Below, one piece after another: positions 1 through 9,406 of a stretch of DNA of 64,000 bases. The position numbers and the translations under genes were made by a program. Positions within the stretch are counted from its first letter, which is position 1. Each line of letters begins with the position of its first letter. The stretch comes from Escherichia phage ECP2303: sequence record PP261279.1; one strand, 5' to 3'. The notes under the pieces were generated by a model, which was not told the DNA's origin, did no database searches, and saw only the letters and a program-made list of their open reading frames with translations.

Positions 1-110
1 TGACACTTTTGCCACTTTTGACACTTTTACCTTTGACACAATGTCACACAATATGCCATAATCTGACACCTTATACACTTTCGACACAATAACGACTGTT
101 ATTATTTCAT
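1..110. repeat. iteron-like cluster of (T)GACAC direct repeats
   Basis: Direct reading: tgacac/gacac recurs about six times in ~100 bp with one inverted copy (gtgtca); non-coding. Confidence 0.5.
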
Positions 111-189
111 GTTTCATTGTTCACGTATAGACTATTCCCGCATAGACTGTTTACGCCTGGATAGTTTACACCTTGACAGTTTACACAAA

Positions 190-440
190 GATGATAAGCC
201 ATGACATTCGTTTGCATGATAACAATTAACAAGTTAATAATATATGACATAATATAAAAGCAGGGCAACTATTAGCAGATCTATAGTTGCCTTGCTTGTT
301 ATGTCATGATTAACTAAATACAAGGCAACTATGATCTGATTAATAGATTGCAGACAAACTATCACGGGGGTGATTGTTACTGCTTTTATATTATGTCGCG
401 ACTCCGTCGCGCCATGCCATTCGTTTGCATAGTTGCCTTA
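190..440. repeat. nested inverted and direct repeats (candidate origin or operator region)
   Basis: catg(a/c)cattcgtttgcat occurs twice (~201 and ~415); inverted arms tatatgacataatataaaagcag / ctgcttttatattatgtcgcg; palindrome aaggcaactat...atagttgcctt; one copy of the GAGACAA-type motif at 351-370. Confidence 0.5.
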
Positions 441-1044
441 TTGTTACAGGTAAAACAATTACATTGTTAACTATTTCTTATCTTTCTCTTAGTCATCTAA
501 TGATTCCAGTCAGTATAGTTATGTGCAGTAAACATTAGACGACTAAAGATTTCTCTGATTATAGTAACCTATCGTGACAATTTAGGACTGTTTACGAAAA
601 ATGTTGACACTTGAGCTGATTTATGTTATGCAGTTTACACGAATAATTATTTTATGCAGGTATTGACTATTCCGTTATTCTGTGGTTGGAATAAATACTT
701 TGCAGGCTATAGAATGATGTGCGTACGTGAATTCTGAGATCTGGCGGCTATAGTTACACCCGATTTTTCACGTAGGACACGCTTTTGTGGTTGTGTAAGT
801 GTATGACTTATAAGGGTTTTTAATTGTTGACAGTATACTGAAGATGTGTATCAGGTTAAATTTTGTGCAATAGTTGCATTACGTGCATTTTTGGAAGGAA
901 AAACGTGTAAAAATGGCCCTGCTACCACACAATGAAAGATTATGCAATAGTTATTTTCCATGTATATTTGTACAGTATGTGGGATTGATGGCTAGTCAAT
1001 TATTCCACTTGCCAGGTAGGGCCGTTTATGGTAGGAGAAGAGCA

Positions 1045-1075
1045 GACAAAAAGAAAGGGGCCTTTAAGCCCCTTG
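1045..1075 (-). terminator. rho-independent terminator closing the leftward early operon
   Basis: Minus-sense hairpin aaggggcttaaaggcccctt followed by tttctttttgtc, immediately 3' of the CDS ending at 1093. Confidence 0.6.
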
Positions 1076-1092
1076 ATAATTCAGTTAAGAAA

Positions 1093-1512
1093 TTATAATG
1101 ATTCGTATATTTCAAAAATCCGATTTGCCAGGTCGTTACGGTAGCGGAATTTTTCCTCACGTTTGATCATAAGATCTTTATAGCCGTACTCTTTAAGCAC
1201 TTCATTAACTTTATGGCGGCATACTTTCATATTATCCTGCGCGTCACCAATAAATCTGTTGCTATGGTGCATGGCTTTAATTTCTTCTTCCAGGACCAGG
1301 GCAACTATGCGGACCGGATCAAGCTGATAGGCGGTAACATCCATGCGGCATTGTAAACGGCTTTTTACGTCTGCCACCGGATATACTGCAACCTCTTCCC
1401 CGTCAACATTGACAATAATTAGTTTACCATCGATTTCGAATCCTTTCGCCGCCGGACCGTGACAAAAAGCGTTATCAAAGCTATATGCCGGATTATTAGA
1501 TTTAATGTTCAT
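1093..1512 (-). CDS. hypothetical protein
   Basis: 139-aa ORF; AAGAGG RBS 7 nt upstream of ATG; last gene before the terminator. Confidence 0.7.
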   Translation of the reverse strand: MNIKSNNPAYSFDNAFCHGPAAKGFEIDGKLIIVNVDGEEVAVYPVADVKSRLQCRMDVTAYQLDPVRIVALVLEEEIKAMHHSNRFIGDAQDNMKVCRHKVNEVLKEYGYKDLMIKREEKFRYRNDLANRIFEIYESL

Positions 1513-1656
1513 GGTGTTTTTACCTCTTAGTTAATTTTCTTACAACTTCCCTTCAAAAAAGAATATAGCAAAACTGCCGATCCCTGTCAACCAGGGATAG
1601 CATAATTTTTATGTGATCAAGGGGCTTTATTGCCCCTGACCATGTAACTTGTTGTA

Positions 1657-1920
1657 TTATTTGTTGCTCATCCAGTTTTCCCAAGCTGCCTGATAATCTG
1701 CCTCACTACGGCGGATCTCTTCTTGCTCTTCAAGGCGGATCTCTTCTTCCAGGTACCCCAAGATGTCAGCCTTTTTAGTCTGGCGTAGCATCCAGTCATC
1801 TTTTTTGCGAGTGAAGATCTTATAAGCTTTCTCGCAAACCTCTTTTTTGCTACCTTTCTGGACTTCAAGAACACGATAAGCCATATATTGAACTAATTTG
1901 AGCTGATCAAGACGTTTCAT
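1657..1920 (-). CDS. hypothetical protein (charged, helical)
   Basis: 87-aa ORF; RBS aaagaggtaaacatc-ATG; preferred over the overlapping same-strand frame 1668..1874. Confidence 0.65.
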   Translation of the reverse strand: MKRLDQLKLVQYMAYRVLEVQKGSKKEVCEKAYKIFTRKKDDWMLRQTKKADILGYLEEEIRLEEQEEIRRSEADYQAAWENWMSNK

Positions 1921-1980
1921 GATGTTTACCTCTTTGTGCGGTTCTGATTAGTGGGCCTTTTGGCCCGTGTCATTATCTTA

Positions 1981-2253
1981 TTACTTATGGCGGCAGAATT
2001 CAAGCGTTTTTAATTGATAATCTTCCTCAGCCTGGAGTACGACCGCCTCGATCATTTCGTTGGCATTGTTAAAGCCATAACCTTTAGCGAACTCATCCGC
2101 GCCACCTTCGTGATCATGTTCTGCGTTCATCGCTTCCACAAAATGGAATTCCAAATTGTTGAGGTAGGGGCTTGATGTTCCGTCCTCTTTTTCGATGAGA
2201 TCCCAAATAGCATTAAAACGTGATTCGACTTCTTGATTAATCCAGCTTGACAT
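1981..2253 (-). CDS. hypothetical protein
   Basis: 90-aa ORF; RBS ggagagagg upstream of ATG. Confidence 0.7.
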   Translation of the reverse strand: MSSWINQEVESRFNAIWDLIEKEDGTSSPYLNNLEFHFVEAMNAEHDHEGGADEFAKGYGFNNANEMIEAVVLQAEEDYQLKTLEFCRHK

Positions 2254-2470
2254 AGTGTTTTCCTCTCTCCTGGTTGTTGTGTGGGCACTTTTGCCCCTTC
2301 AAGATAAATGTTACCTCACCCCATGGCAGATGTCAACGGTTTTTATAGTTCTTATATGACAGGCAGGCCCGGTGATTGTCTCCCCCTGTTCCCAAGTGCC
2401 GCCCGTTTAATAAGAATAGCAAAAGGGGCCGAACAAGTCAACCCCAAAATCAGTACCAAAACACTTTTAT

Positions 2471-2782
2471 TTATACGGTCCGATCATTGGCCTTTGTCCA
2501 GGACCTGGCGATCCGTTTCCCGGTCACCTGGAACGGAGGCTGCATTGTGTGTAATGAGTCCAGAGTAAGGGAGGACCGTTTACGGCGTATCTTCAGGATC
2601 GCTAACGTATTGTCCATCTCACGGCCAGGTCCTGGGCGGTATGGTGTGCCTCCAGCGTTAAGGTTGATGATCTCATGTATTGAGATCCGGCGTTGTTTTG
2701 CTTCCGCATCTTTGAAGATAGCCAGCGGAGGCGCTATGCGTTGCCGATACCAATCTAAAACGGTTGGCGTAATAGCGATCAT
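2471..2782 (-). CDS. hypothetical protein
   Basis: 103-aa ORF; weak RBS; start overlaps the next gene's stop; lies downstream of a promoter-like and motif-bearing intergenic region. Confidence 0.4.
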   Translation of the reverse strand: MIAITPTVLDWYRQRIAPPLAIFKDAEAKQRRISIHEIINLNAGGTPYRPGPGREMDNTLAILKIRRKRSSLTLDSLHTMQPPFQVTGKRIARSWTKANDRTV

Positions 2783-2970
2783 ATTTTACCCCCTATGTAG
2801 TCCGGTCGGTTTTTCTCTGTCATACGCTTAAGCAATTCTTGCATGTTGCTTATGGCTTGTAGTGTATCCTCTTCAAGGGATGAATCAAGATAATCAGGAT
2901 CATTCTTCACCTTGCAATGATTATGATAACGCAGTACCGCCAGTACTTTTTTAACTTCTTCCGCTGTCAT
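2779..2970 (-). CDS. hypothetical protein
   Basis: 63-aa ORF; 4-nt overlap with the downstream gene, typical translational coupling. Confidence 0.55.
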   Translation of the reverse strand: MTAEEVKKVLAVLRYHNHCKVKNDPDYLDSSLEEDTLQAISNMQELLKRMTEKNRPDYIGGKI

Positions 2971-2978
2971 TATCGCGC

Positions 2979-3113
2979 CTAAAACAATGAGTTAATATAT
3001 AACACCAGATCGCTGACTACCAGGACAACATTAATCAGCACATACCTAACCATAAAGGGAAAGATCGCCAACATTGCCGCCACGATCCCCATGGTAATAA
3101 TTATCTTTCTCAT
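2979..3113 (-). CDS. small hydrophobic membrane peptide (44 aa)
   Basis: Hand translation MRKIIITMGIVAAMLAIFPFMVRYVLINVVLVVSDLVLYINSLF; below the ORF-track size cut-off; fills the gap between flanking genes. Confidence 0.4.
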   Translation of the reverse strand: MRKIIITMGIVAAMLAIFPFMVRYVLINVVLVVSDLVLYINSLF

Positions 3114-3115
3114 GG

Positions 3116-3400
3116 TTAACGGTTCACGTAAGTTTTCCCGTTCACGGTTATGGGCAGATCCTCCAGGTCTGGATCTTCCTTAAGGTCGCGAGCAAGCTCA
3201 CCGCACCGGATACCCTCGAATCCGTAGTACTCTGTTGTGCCGTCCTTAAAAGTTTTAGCGGCAAGGCATAAGCGATAAGTAACCCCGATTTGATTGACGG
3301 CATGAATATCCGTTAGATTAACCTCTTTTGCCAGCTCTTTAGCCATTACAGGCGCATTAAGTCCAACAACCAGGGTAACCACTGCGATCATCTTTTTCAT
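3116..3400 (-). CDS. secreted/periplasmic small protein with N-terminal signal peptide
   Basis: MKKMIAVVTLVVGLNAPVMA signal-peptide-like N-terminus; RBS aagagg. Confidence 0.65.
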   Translation of the reverse strand: MKKMIAVVTLVVGLNAPVMAKELAKEVNLTDIHAVNQIGVTYRLCLAAKTFKDGTTEYYGFEGIRCGELARDLKEDPDLEDLPITVNGKTYVNR

Positions 3401-3491
3401 TGTGTCTATCCTCTTTCTGCTACGTTTAAGGCGGCGGTAACCGCCTGTTTATGCTTTGTTGGTTAATTTTCAGGTATCTGTATAAATTAAA

Positions 3492-3707
3492 CTATGCTGT
3501 ACGCTCAACTATAACAACGGTTTGGGGGATCTCCCCTTCCACCACTAGTAAGGCCTTTTTCTGCGTGATAGATATCTTTACCCGTTGCAGCGTGGCGGTG
3601 AAGTCTTTCATTTCGTCACGCGGTGTTTTAGTGCAGTACCAGATCTCAGGCTTGCCGATCTGTAAGTTGCGTAAAAATTCCGTTTTGCCTGTTTTGTTAG
3701 TGATCAT
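3492..3707 (-). CDS. hypothetical protein
   Basis: 71-aa ORF; RBS gtgagg upstream. Confidence 0.6.
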   Translation of the reverse strand: MITNKTGKTEFLRNLQIGKPEIWYCTKTPRDEMKDFTATLQRVKISITQKKALLVVEGEIPQTVVIVERTA

Positions 3708-3716
3708 TTGCCAACC

Positions 3717-3821
3717 TCACCCGATACCGTTGGAAGACAAGATCATATTAGACATGGTTGCAATCAGGCCAATACCCAGGGCAATAACCAAGATCACTGC
3801 ATCGATTAATTTCTGTTTCAT
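3717..3821 (-). CDS. small membrane peptide (34 aa)
   Basis: Hand translation MKQKLIDAVILVIALGIGLIATMSNMILSSNGIG; stop overlaps the RBS of the next gene. Confidence 0.35.
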   Translation of the reverse strand: MKQKLIDAVILVIALGIGLIATMSNMILSSNGIG

Positions 3822-3898
3822 GGTGTTTATTCTCTTCTGTTAGTAACCTTATTCATGGGGCCGCTACCACAGCCCCAGGGTAAGGCAGCTATGTGCTT

Positions 3899-4144
3899 TT
3901 AGTGTTTCATTCCAACCATCGCGGCACGGATCGCCGTAGTGCTGTACTTGAAGCCGTCCGGGGTCTTATCTTGTCCGGTTAGCTCCAGAAAAAGCATCAT
4001 ATCCCGCGCCGCATCATTACGATTAGCATTGGCGTTAATAAAGCCTTGGGCCAACCGGTACAATGACTCATCGTTATTAATCCAAAGGCTTACATTCCAA
4101 TGAGTTTTGTTTTTGTAACCGTTATAACCTTTATTGCTTTTCAT
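3899..4144 (-). CDS. hypothetical protein
   Basis: ORF-track frame 3899..4225; start moved to the internal ATG (MKSNKG...) preceded by aagaggtaaacacc, the RBS context shared by neighbouring genes. Confidence 0.6.
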   Translation of the reverse strand: MKSNKGYNGYKNKTHWNVSLWINNDESLYRLAQGFINANANRNDAARDMMLFLELTGQDKTPDGFKYSTTAIRAAMVGMKH

Positions 4145-4231
4145 GGTGTTTACCTCTTCTTTGTTCCAGGTGGCGGACCATTCCACCGCCTTATGTATTA
4201 TGCTTTGTAAGATGGCTGTTGTCAAACTATT

Positions 4232-4411
4232 TTAACGATAATCATCGTACGCTTTATTAACCTGGCGGATATAACATTCAAAAGCCAGATCAATAGATTT
4301 ATATTCACGGATATACTCACCATAGGAAACCACATACATTTCTATAGCTTCCTCATATGCGAGGAGAATAGAATCTAAGCCTACGATCTCAGTCTTTGCA
4401 ATAATAGCCAT
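4232..4411 (-). CDS. hypothetical small protein (59 aa)
   Basis: Hand translation MAIIAKTEIVGLDSILLAYEEAIEMYVV...; RBS aagaggataaaaatc-ATG. Confidence 0.45.
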   Translation of the reverse strand: MAIIAKTEIVGLDSILLAYEEAIEMYVVSYGEYIREYKSIDLAFECYIRQVNKAYDDYR

Positions 4412-4486
4412 GATTTTTATCCTCTTTGTAGTTGGTGGGGTTCGTTGCCCCCTTTGATTTATATATTACAGTCTTATATGGTCATG

Positions 4487-4720
4487 TCAACTATTTTCAA
4501 AAAATTTTTCTGCTGTGATATTCTTCCCGGTAGGGTTCGCTACTTTCAAAATTTTATCATGCACTGGACGCCCAAAAGAATAAGCGCCGTACACAGTAAA
4601 CCAATAATCGCCGTCAGGTTGTACTATTACTGCCGCATATGGTACGCCTTTTTCGTTTTTGCTGACAAAATAGATCACGTTGCCATTAATAGCCTCGGCG
4701 CGTTTAATTTGTTCCATCAT
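4487..4720 (-). CDS. hypothetical protein
   Basis: 77-aa ORF with RBS. Confidence 0.65.
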   Translation of the reverse strand: MMEQIKRAEAINGNVIYFVSKNEKGVPYAAVIVQPDGDYWFTVYGAYSFGRPVHDKILKVANPTGKNITAEKFFENS

Positions 4721-4775
4721 GATGATTTGCCTCTCTTTATTTTCATAATTGGGGGCCTTTTCGGCCCCGCCAGGT

Positions 4776-5060
4776 TTATTTATTGATAGCGTGCAGCGGG
4801 AAAGCTACGCCAGGTTGATAAATAACCTTTACAACCTCATCAGGACAAAAGAAGTTGCAGAACTCACCGCAATAGGCCTCATCCTCTTTCAACTCTTCAT
4901 CAACATACTCAAAAAAGTAGTCGATGCTTGGATAATCCTGGCCGTGATTATAGTCAACCATCGTTAATAATAACTCTTGATCATTCCGTAGGATGTGCAT
5001 ACCCGCTTTTAAGTATTTTGCTTCCATTTCTACTACATTGCCAGCGGTAACAATAGCCAT
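4776..5060 (-). CDS. hypothetical protein
   Basis: 94-aa ORF; RBS aggag. Confidence 0.65.
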   Translation of the reverse strand: MAIVTAGNVVEMEAKYLKAGMHILRNDQELLLTMVDYNHGQDYPSIDYFFEYVDEELKEDEAYCGEFCNFFCPDEVVKVIYQPGVAFPLHAINK

Positions 5061-5189
5061 GATTTTAACTCCTATCTATCTGGTCAACGATTGGGGGCCT
5101 CCCCCTCGACAACTCTTATTATCCATATTGTCGGGAATGATGCAAGTACTTCTTTAAAAATTTTTTAAGCGCCCCGTATGCCGTTGTAA

Positions 5190-5228
5190 CGCCAAAATAA
5201 TAAAGGCCATGCAACCGCATGGCCTTTA
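5190..5228 (-). terminator. rho-independent terminator
   Basis: Minus-sense hairpin aaaggccatgcggttgcatggccttt followed by attatttt, downstream of the CDS ending at 5263. Confidence 0.5.
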
Positions 5229-5262
5229 TGTGATTATATTGCTGTAGGCCCTGCCTGGGGCC

Positions 5263-5613
5263 TTATTTTGCATTCTTGCCTGTATTGCCGCCACGGTACC
5301 AGCGTTTGCGGTGAAAATGGTAATAATCACCCTCGGCATTAAACATCAGATGATTTTCAATAACCAGCTTACGAAGGTGGGCCGGATCTTGTTCCATTCT
5401 TGCCAGATTCCGGCGGCTGTTACGTAAGCGTATAAATTCCATATTCAGGCCGTTGATTGCAGCATGGATGTCAAAGTAACCACCTTTGAGACGTTCACGC
5501 ATGGCGTTAAGCTCAACACAATATACAGATTTCTCACAAATCAAGGTATTAGCTAGGGCGCGGACCTGGGCAAGGGGGTTAAGCTCATTAAGGTAATATA
5601 GTTTGACTTTCAT
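5263..5613 (-). CDS. hypothetical protein
   Basis: 116-aa ORF. Confidence 0.65.
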   Translation of the reverse strand: MKVKLYYLNELNPLAQVRALANTLICEKSVYCVELNAMRERLKGGYFDIHAAINGLNMEFIRLRNSRRNLARMEQDPAHLRKLVIENHLMFNAEGDYYHFHRKRWYRGGNTGKNAK

Positions 5614-5630
5614 AAAATCGCCTGCTGAAA

Positions 5631-5930
5631 TTAGTTTGAGAAAACATCGTTCACAATAGCGATCACAATGCCGCCCACCTTGTCACGGTCAGCAATGCAC
5701 AAATCACCATGGATCATGCGGTAGTCTGGATGATCTTTCACAGAATAGTCAATAAGTGTTTTCTTGTCGTCCAGCTTCGTAACTTCCATTCTCATAACGA
5801 TATGAGAATCATCAAAGGCATTATTCCGAAAAGTCATAGCCTGACCGCCAGGGCACCCGGTGATCTCAACTTCCACGCCGTCTACGATCTGACCATCAAA
5901 GAAATAGAGATTATTGGCGGGTATAAACAT
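5631..5930 (-). CDS. hypothetical protein
   Basis: ORF-track frame 5631..5951; start placed at the ATG (MFIPANN...) with 8-nt spacing from aaggag. Confidence 0.6.
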   Translation of the reverse strand: MFIPANNLYFFDGQIVDGVEVEITGCPGGQAMTFRNNAFDDSHIVMRMEVTKLDDKKTLIDYSVKDHPDYRMIHGDLCIADRDKVGGIVIAIVNDVFSN

Positions 5931-5974
5931 GATCATTGCTCCTTTTTGCACTGATTATTTTAACAGGGTTTAAA

Positions 5975-6020
5975 TTTACTTTATTGATGGCCCTGGAGTC
6001 AAGGCCATCTAAAAATAAAT
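5975..6020. repeat. 45-bp conserved intergenic repeat, copy 1
   Basis: tttactttattgatggccctggagtcaaggccatctaaaaataaa, near-identical at 9692 and 10313; contains hairpin gatggcc...ggccatc; directly 3' of a minus-strand stop. Confidence 0.7.
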
Positions 6021-6021
6021 T

Positions 6022-6222
6022 TTACAGATCTACAATCTCTTTAATTCGTTTTACTGCTGCCTCAGCGCCTTGAGGGTAGAAATTATGATAACCAATCACG
6101 CGGGTAATACTGATCGCCGCTTGGTGGTCCTCGTAGTCGCCTTTGAATATTTCTTGACCATCAACCAGCACAGCAATTTTTTCTTCTTTTTTGAAGTTAA
6201 TAACGCGGATATTGTTGCTCAT
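6022..6222 (-). CDS. hypothetical protein
   Basis: 66-aa ORF; RBS aaaaggagaaacaaa-ATG. Confidence 0.65.
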   Translation of the reverse strand: MSNNIRVINFKKEEKIAVLVDGQEIFKGDYEDHQAAISITRVIGYHNFYPQGAEAAVKRIKEIVDL

Positions 6223-6367
6223 TTTGTTTCTCCTTTTGGAACTTTGTCTGTGTGGTGGGGAGTGTCTCCCCGTTGATTGTTATTATCCATATTCTGGACC
6301 GGATTGCAACACTCAGGAAGAAAAATTTTTTGAAAAAAGTTAGGCCCCCAGGGATCGGGGGCCGTTA

Positions 6368-6487
6368 TCAGTTGCTTACAGCGATAAAATACATCCCTAC
6401 GCCTAACAATATTTCAAGGGCGATGATCTCAAGCCATACCATAACACGGCGCGCCTTATCGGTGCGGGGCTTATCCTTGGTTGTCAT
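6368..6487 (-). CDS. small membrane peptide (39 aa)
   Basis: Hand translation MTTKDKPRTDKARRVMVWLEIIALEILLGVGMYFIAVSN; RBS gggggag. Confidence 0.35.
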   Translation of the reverse strand: MTTKDKPRTDKARRVMVWLEIIALEILLGVGMYFIAVSN

Positions 6488-6596
6488 CGTCTCCCCCTTC
6501 CCTCCTGCTAGCAGTTACGTGGTTTGCAATGGCCCCCAGTAGTCCGATCACGACACACATCGCAAGAAAAATTATCTCTCCCGTTGTTCGATCCAT
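6471..6596 (-). CDS. small membrane peptide (41 aa), alternative to 6508..6729
   Basis: MDRTTGEIIFLAMCVVIGLLGAIANHV... with RBS gagagg; overlaps 6508..6729 in another frame, so only one is likely real. Confidence 0.3.
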   Translation of the reverse strand: MDRTTGEIIFLAMCVVIGLLGAIANHVTASRREGGDDDNQG

Positions 6597-6729
6597 TGTT
6601 ATAAAACCTCTCAAGATCAGGCCTAAAAGTAAATCTTTCGTTATTGAATCCGTCACGCCAGGCGGCTGGCTTCAAATCTTCACTAAATGGATTAATTAAC
6701 GTGGCATTATTTAAACGGTTGGCCCACAT
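6508..6729 (-). CDS. hypothetical protein, alternative to 6471..6596
   Basis: MWANRLNNATLINPF...; RBS gagagg; C-terminal part is low complexity. Confidence 0.25.
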   Translation of the reverse strand: MWANRLNNATLINPFSEDLKPAAWRDGFNNERFTFRPDLERFYNNGSNNGRDNFSCDVCRDRTTGGHCKPRNC

Positions 6730-7078
6730 ATTTTCTATTCCTCTCAAATAAGCGATCCGCCTCAGTTAAACAAATCTCATGGGCGTGATCTCTGGTTTTA
6801 GCTTCATCGAAAACCTGTTGTGCAAGGCTGCAACGTAGGGAGACTGGGAGATCACTATAATAGGCGTTGACAAACGTTTGAGCGTCGTACAGGTCTGAAA
6901 ATACTTTACCCTTTCTATTATTCCCCTTGTCAACAATTGCAAGGATAACCAATACAATAGTTGCAACCACCCCCAGGAAAATAGATATAATAAACCATAA
7001 AAAGGCGGATCTCCCCATCTTGCCAGCGATCCAGGCGTTAAACAAGGCAACCAATATAGCCAAAATAATAAATTCCAT
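6707..7078 (-). CDS. membrane protein (two predicted TM helices)
   Basis: ORF-track frame 6707..7111; start moved to MEFIILAILVALF... preceded by aaagagg; hydrophobic N-terminal half. Confidence 0.6.
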   Translation of the reverse strand: MEFIILAILVALFNAWIAGKMGRSAFLWFIISIFLGVVATIVLVILAIVDKGNNRKGKVFSDLYDAQTFVNAYYSDLPVSLRCSLAQQVFDEAKTRDHAHEICLTEADRLFERNRKYVGQPFK

Positions 7079-7142
7079 TCTATGTACCTCTTTTACAGTT
7101 CTGATCAACAATAAGGCGGCAAATATGCCGCCTGTTACCTGA

Positions 7143-7523
7143 TTAAAAATTATCGCCGTAAATCTTTCCGCTTTCTACCCATACCACCACGCGAGGCATA
7201 CTATCCCACACGTCTTGTTTTAGATTGAGCGCGTGCAATTCTTCGGTGGTGCTCATACCGGGCACGGGCTGATTGTATACTGCAAAACGACCACCCGCAT
7301 AATCATAGGCCAGGGTTAAATCACACTGGATCATCTTTTTGATCATGGCATTAAGCATGGCGTTAGCCGCATACTGATCACGTTTTAAAGGCAACTCTTT
7401 GATTAGTTTGCGATAGTTTTCGATATGGTCGCACACTGTTTCACGCGGAAGATCTTTCATATCTTCACGGAATGTAACCAGGTTAAACATAACGGTGTCA
7501 ATAGCCTTGGTAGTGGTTTTCAT
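7143..7523 (-). CDS. hypothetical protein
   Basis: 126-aa ORF; RBS aaagaggataaaatc-ATG. Confidence 0.65.
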   Translation of the reverse strand: MKTTTKAIDTVMFNLVTFREDMKDLPRETVCDHIENYRKLIKELPLKRDQYAANAMLNAMIKKMIQCDLTLAYDYAGGRFAVYNQPVPGMSTTEELHALNLKQDVWDSMPRVVVWVESGKIYGDNF

Positions 7524-7612
7524 GATTTTATCCTCTTTGTTTTGTGTGGGGCAAGACGTTTGCCCCTTGAGTTTTTAATATAGCAGGTTTTTAGATTATT
7601 GCAACACTTTAT

Positions 7613-8236
7613 TTATGAAAAACTCATCTCCCCATATTCATCCACATCAAACCGCCAATCATTGGCCTCGATAAGGCCGATCAAGTATTCTGCGGTGAAC
7701 TGTTCTAGATAGGCCTCCTCCAGGTCTACGTAAACCTTGCGGGATAGCTCCCGTACCGTCTCGGTGATCAGTTCTTCCAGGTCTTCCACTTTGTTTTCTT
7801 GTTTGGCGGTCAGATCTAGCCAAGTGGTATCAATGTACCCGCTTACAGTGTTTTCATGGCTGTAATGGCTGTACTTGTCGCGTTCAACACTGGCTGATAA
7901 CTCGCCATCGTGCATTGTGCCGAACAAGTGACGAATTGATCTGAACTTGGTCAGGGCCTTGACTTTACGCAAAAATTTTTCTAAATCCACGTTTTCAGCA
8001 CTGATTGACGCGCCGTCACCCTGGCACCAAAAGCCGGACCAATGTACTTCGGTATCTTCAAGGCCGTACTCTGGAAAAACTTGTTCTTTATAGTATTCAA
8101 TTACATTTTCTGCGAAAAAATCATCCCCGCTGCGTTCTTCTCTTTCGCGGACCATTTCAATGGCTTTTTCTTTTTGTTCGTCGGTTAGCACGTCGAAAGA
8201 TAAATTGTAACCTGTGGTAATGTTAACGGTGGTCAT
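7613..8236 (-). CDS. hypothetical acidic protein
   Basis: 207-aa ORF with RBS. Confidence 0.7.
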   Translation of the reverse strand: MTTVNITTGYNLSFDVLTDEQKEKAIEMVREREERSGDDFFAENVIEYYKEQVFPEYGLEDTEVHWSGFWCQGDGASISAENVDLEKFLRKVKALTKFRSIRHLFGTMHDGELSASVERDKYSHYSHENTVSGYIDTTWLDLTAKQENKVEDLEELITETVRELSRKVYVDLEEAYLEQFTAEYLIGLIEANDWRFDVDEYGEMSFS

Positions 8237-8310
8237 GATATTTTCTCCTGTTTTCTTTGTTAGTGGCGGGAAGTTTTCCCGCCTGTGTGTTTAATTATAC
8301 TTATTGAGAT

Positions 8311-8571
8311 TTACTTGTCAACACTATTTTTTAAATTATTGTGGCGCAAAATGTTTAAAATCTCCTCAACGTCATCAACACGGCGGCAATTTTTAAACGC
8401 TACCAATTGCCCCATGATTTTAATCACTGGGCGGCCTTGCCAGTGACCCTGGAGAAAGCGCGCCTTGACTTTATCGGTGGAACTATCACGCCACCAAATA
8501 GCCTTGTTGTTGCAGTAGTAAAAATTATTCAGGATAACATCAACTTTATCAAAATTTTTTAATTTACGCAT
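8311..8571 (-). CDS. hypothetical protein
   Basis: 86-aa ORF; first gene downstream of the promoter at 8604-8631. Confidence 0.65.
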   Translation of the reverse strand: MRKLKNFDKVDVILNNFYYCNNKAIWWRDSSTDKVKARFLQGHWQGRPVIKIMGQLVAFKNCRRVDDVEEILNILRHNNLKNSVDK

Positions 8572-8603
8572 GGCGTTTACTCCTTTCTCTCTTTGATGTG
8601 GTT

Positions 8604-8631
8604 AGTATAGCTAACCTGTTGACGATGTCAA
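8604..8631 (-). promoter_or_regulatory. sigma70-like promoter
   Basis: Minus-sense TTGACA-16 nt-TATACT; overlaps palindrome ttgacgatgtcaa. Confidence 0.55.
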
Positions 8632-8749
8632 TGATATTTTTAACGCCATAAAACGGCCCTGGGCGATGTTTTCAGGTTAAGGGGGGCGATTGCATAGGTG
8701 GGGGCCTTTTTGGCGCTTACAGGGCCAACCAGGGGCGCTATTAGTAGGA

Positions 8750-8782
8750 TAGAAATAAAAAGCCCCGCACAATGGCGGGGCG
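8750..8782 (-). terminator. rho-independent terminator
   Basis: Minus-sense hairpin gccccgccattgtgcggggc followed by tttttatttc. Confidence 0.6.
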
Positions 8783-8789
8783 TTGGTTG

Positions 8790-8987
8790 TTATTTGTCTT
8801 TATGGCGATATCGTTCTGCCTGTCGTTCACGTTCCAAAAGTAGGCCGGGCAATTTACGATCATAATGATTGCGCCAGATCTTCCCAAACCTTTTTGGCTT
8901 ATTCAGTTTATTGTTACGCTGGCGGCGTTCTGGCAGCTCTTCGGAATCATGAGGGCGCTTTACAATTTTCTCGAAATTAATTTTCAT
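8790..8987 (-). CDS. hypothetical basic protein
   Basis: ORF-track frame 8790..9011; start placed at MKINFEK... with RBS aagggggg; ends just before the terminator. Confidence 0.45.
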   Translation of the reverse strand: MKINFEKIVKRPHDSEELPERRQRNNKLNKPKRFGKIWRNHYDRKLPGLLLERERQAERYRHKDK

Positions 8988-9330
8988 ATCTTCCCCCCTT
9001 GCTAACTTCAATATTGGCCTGAATAGCCCGGATGCGGCGCTTTATAACTTCCTGATCTGTGTGGTCGTATCCCCAAAAGTCTACAATTTTTGCGCCACCC
9101 GCTTCCAGGCGGTATAGTGTTTCCTGCATTTTGTAAGCCGGGATCGGTCGCGGTGTTACTTGGTCGCCTTCTTTATTTTTATACTTTATAATATAATCTT
9201 CGTTATCGTTGAATGCCCAAAATGGATATTCTGCAAGGGCGGTACTTCCTCTTTCCTTTTTATCCTGGATCTTATTTACAATTAAAGCCGTAGCAATAGC
9301 GCCAATAATAAAACTAGCCCCGCTAATCAT
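8977..9330 (-). CDS. membrane-anchored protein (N-terminal TM segment)
   Basis: MISGASFIIGAIATALIV... hydrophobic N-terminus; RBS aaaggagaaag. Confidence 0.65.
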   Translation of the reverse strand: MISGASFIIGAIATALIVNKIQDKKERGSTALAEYPFWAFNDNEDYIIKYKNKEGDQVTPRPIPAYKMQETLYRLEAGGAKIVDFWGYDHTDQEVIKRRIRAIQANIEVSKGGRYEN

Positions 9331-9406
9331 GTGTACTTTCTCCTTTCATGGTGTTAATAAATTATCTTTATAGATGGCCCTGCAACCAGGACCACCGAAA
9401 AAATAA

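Noticed and set aside
874-1098. 74-aa plus-strand ORF at the left end
   Set aside because: No RBS, runs through the minus-strand terminator hairpin and converges on the early operon; most likely a chance ORF in AT-rich non-coding DNA.
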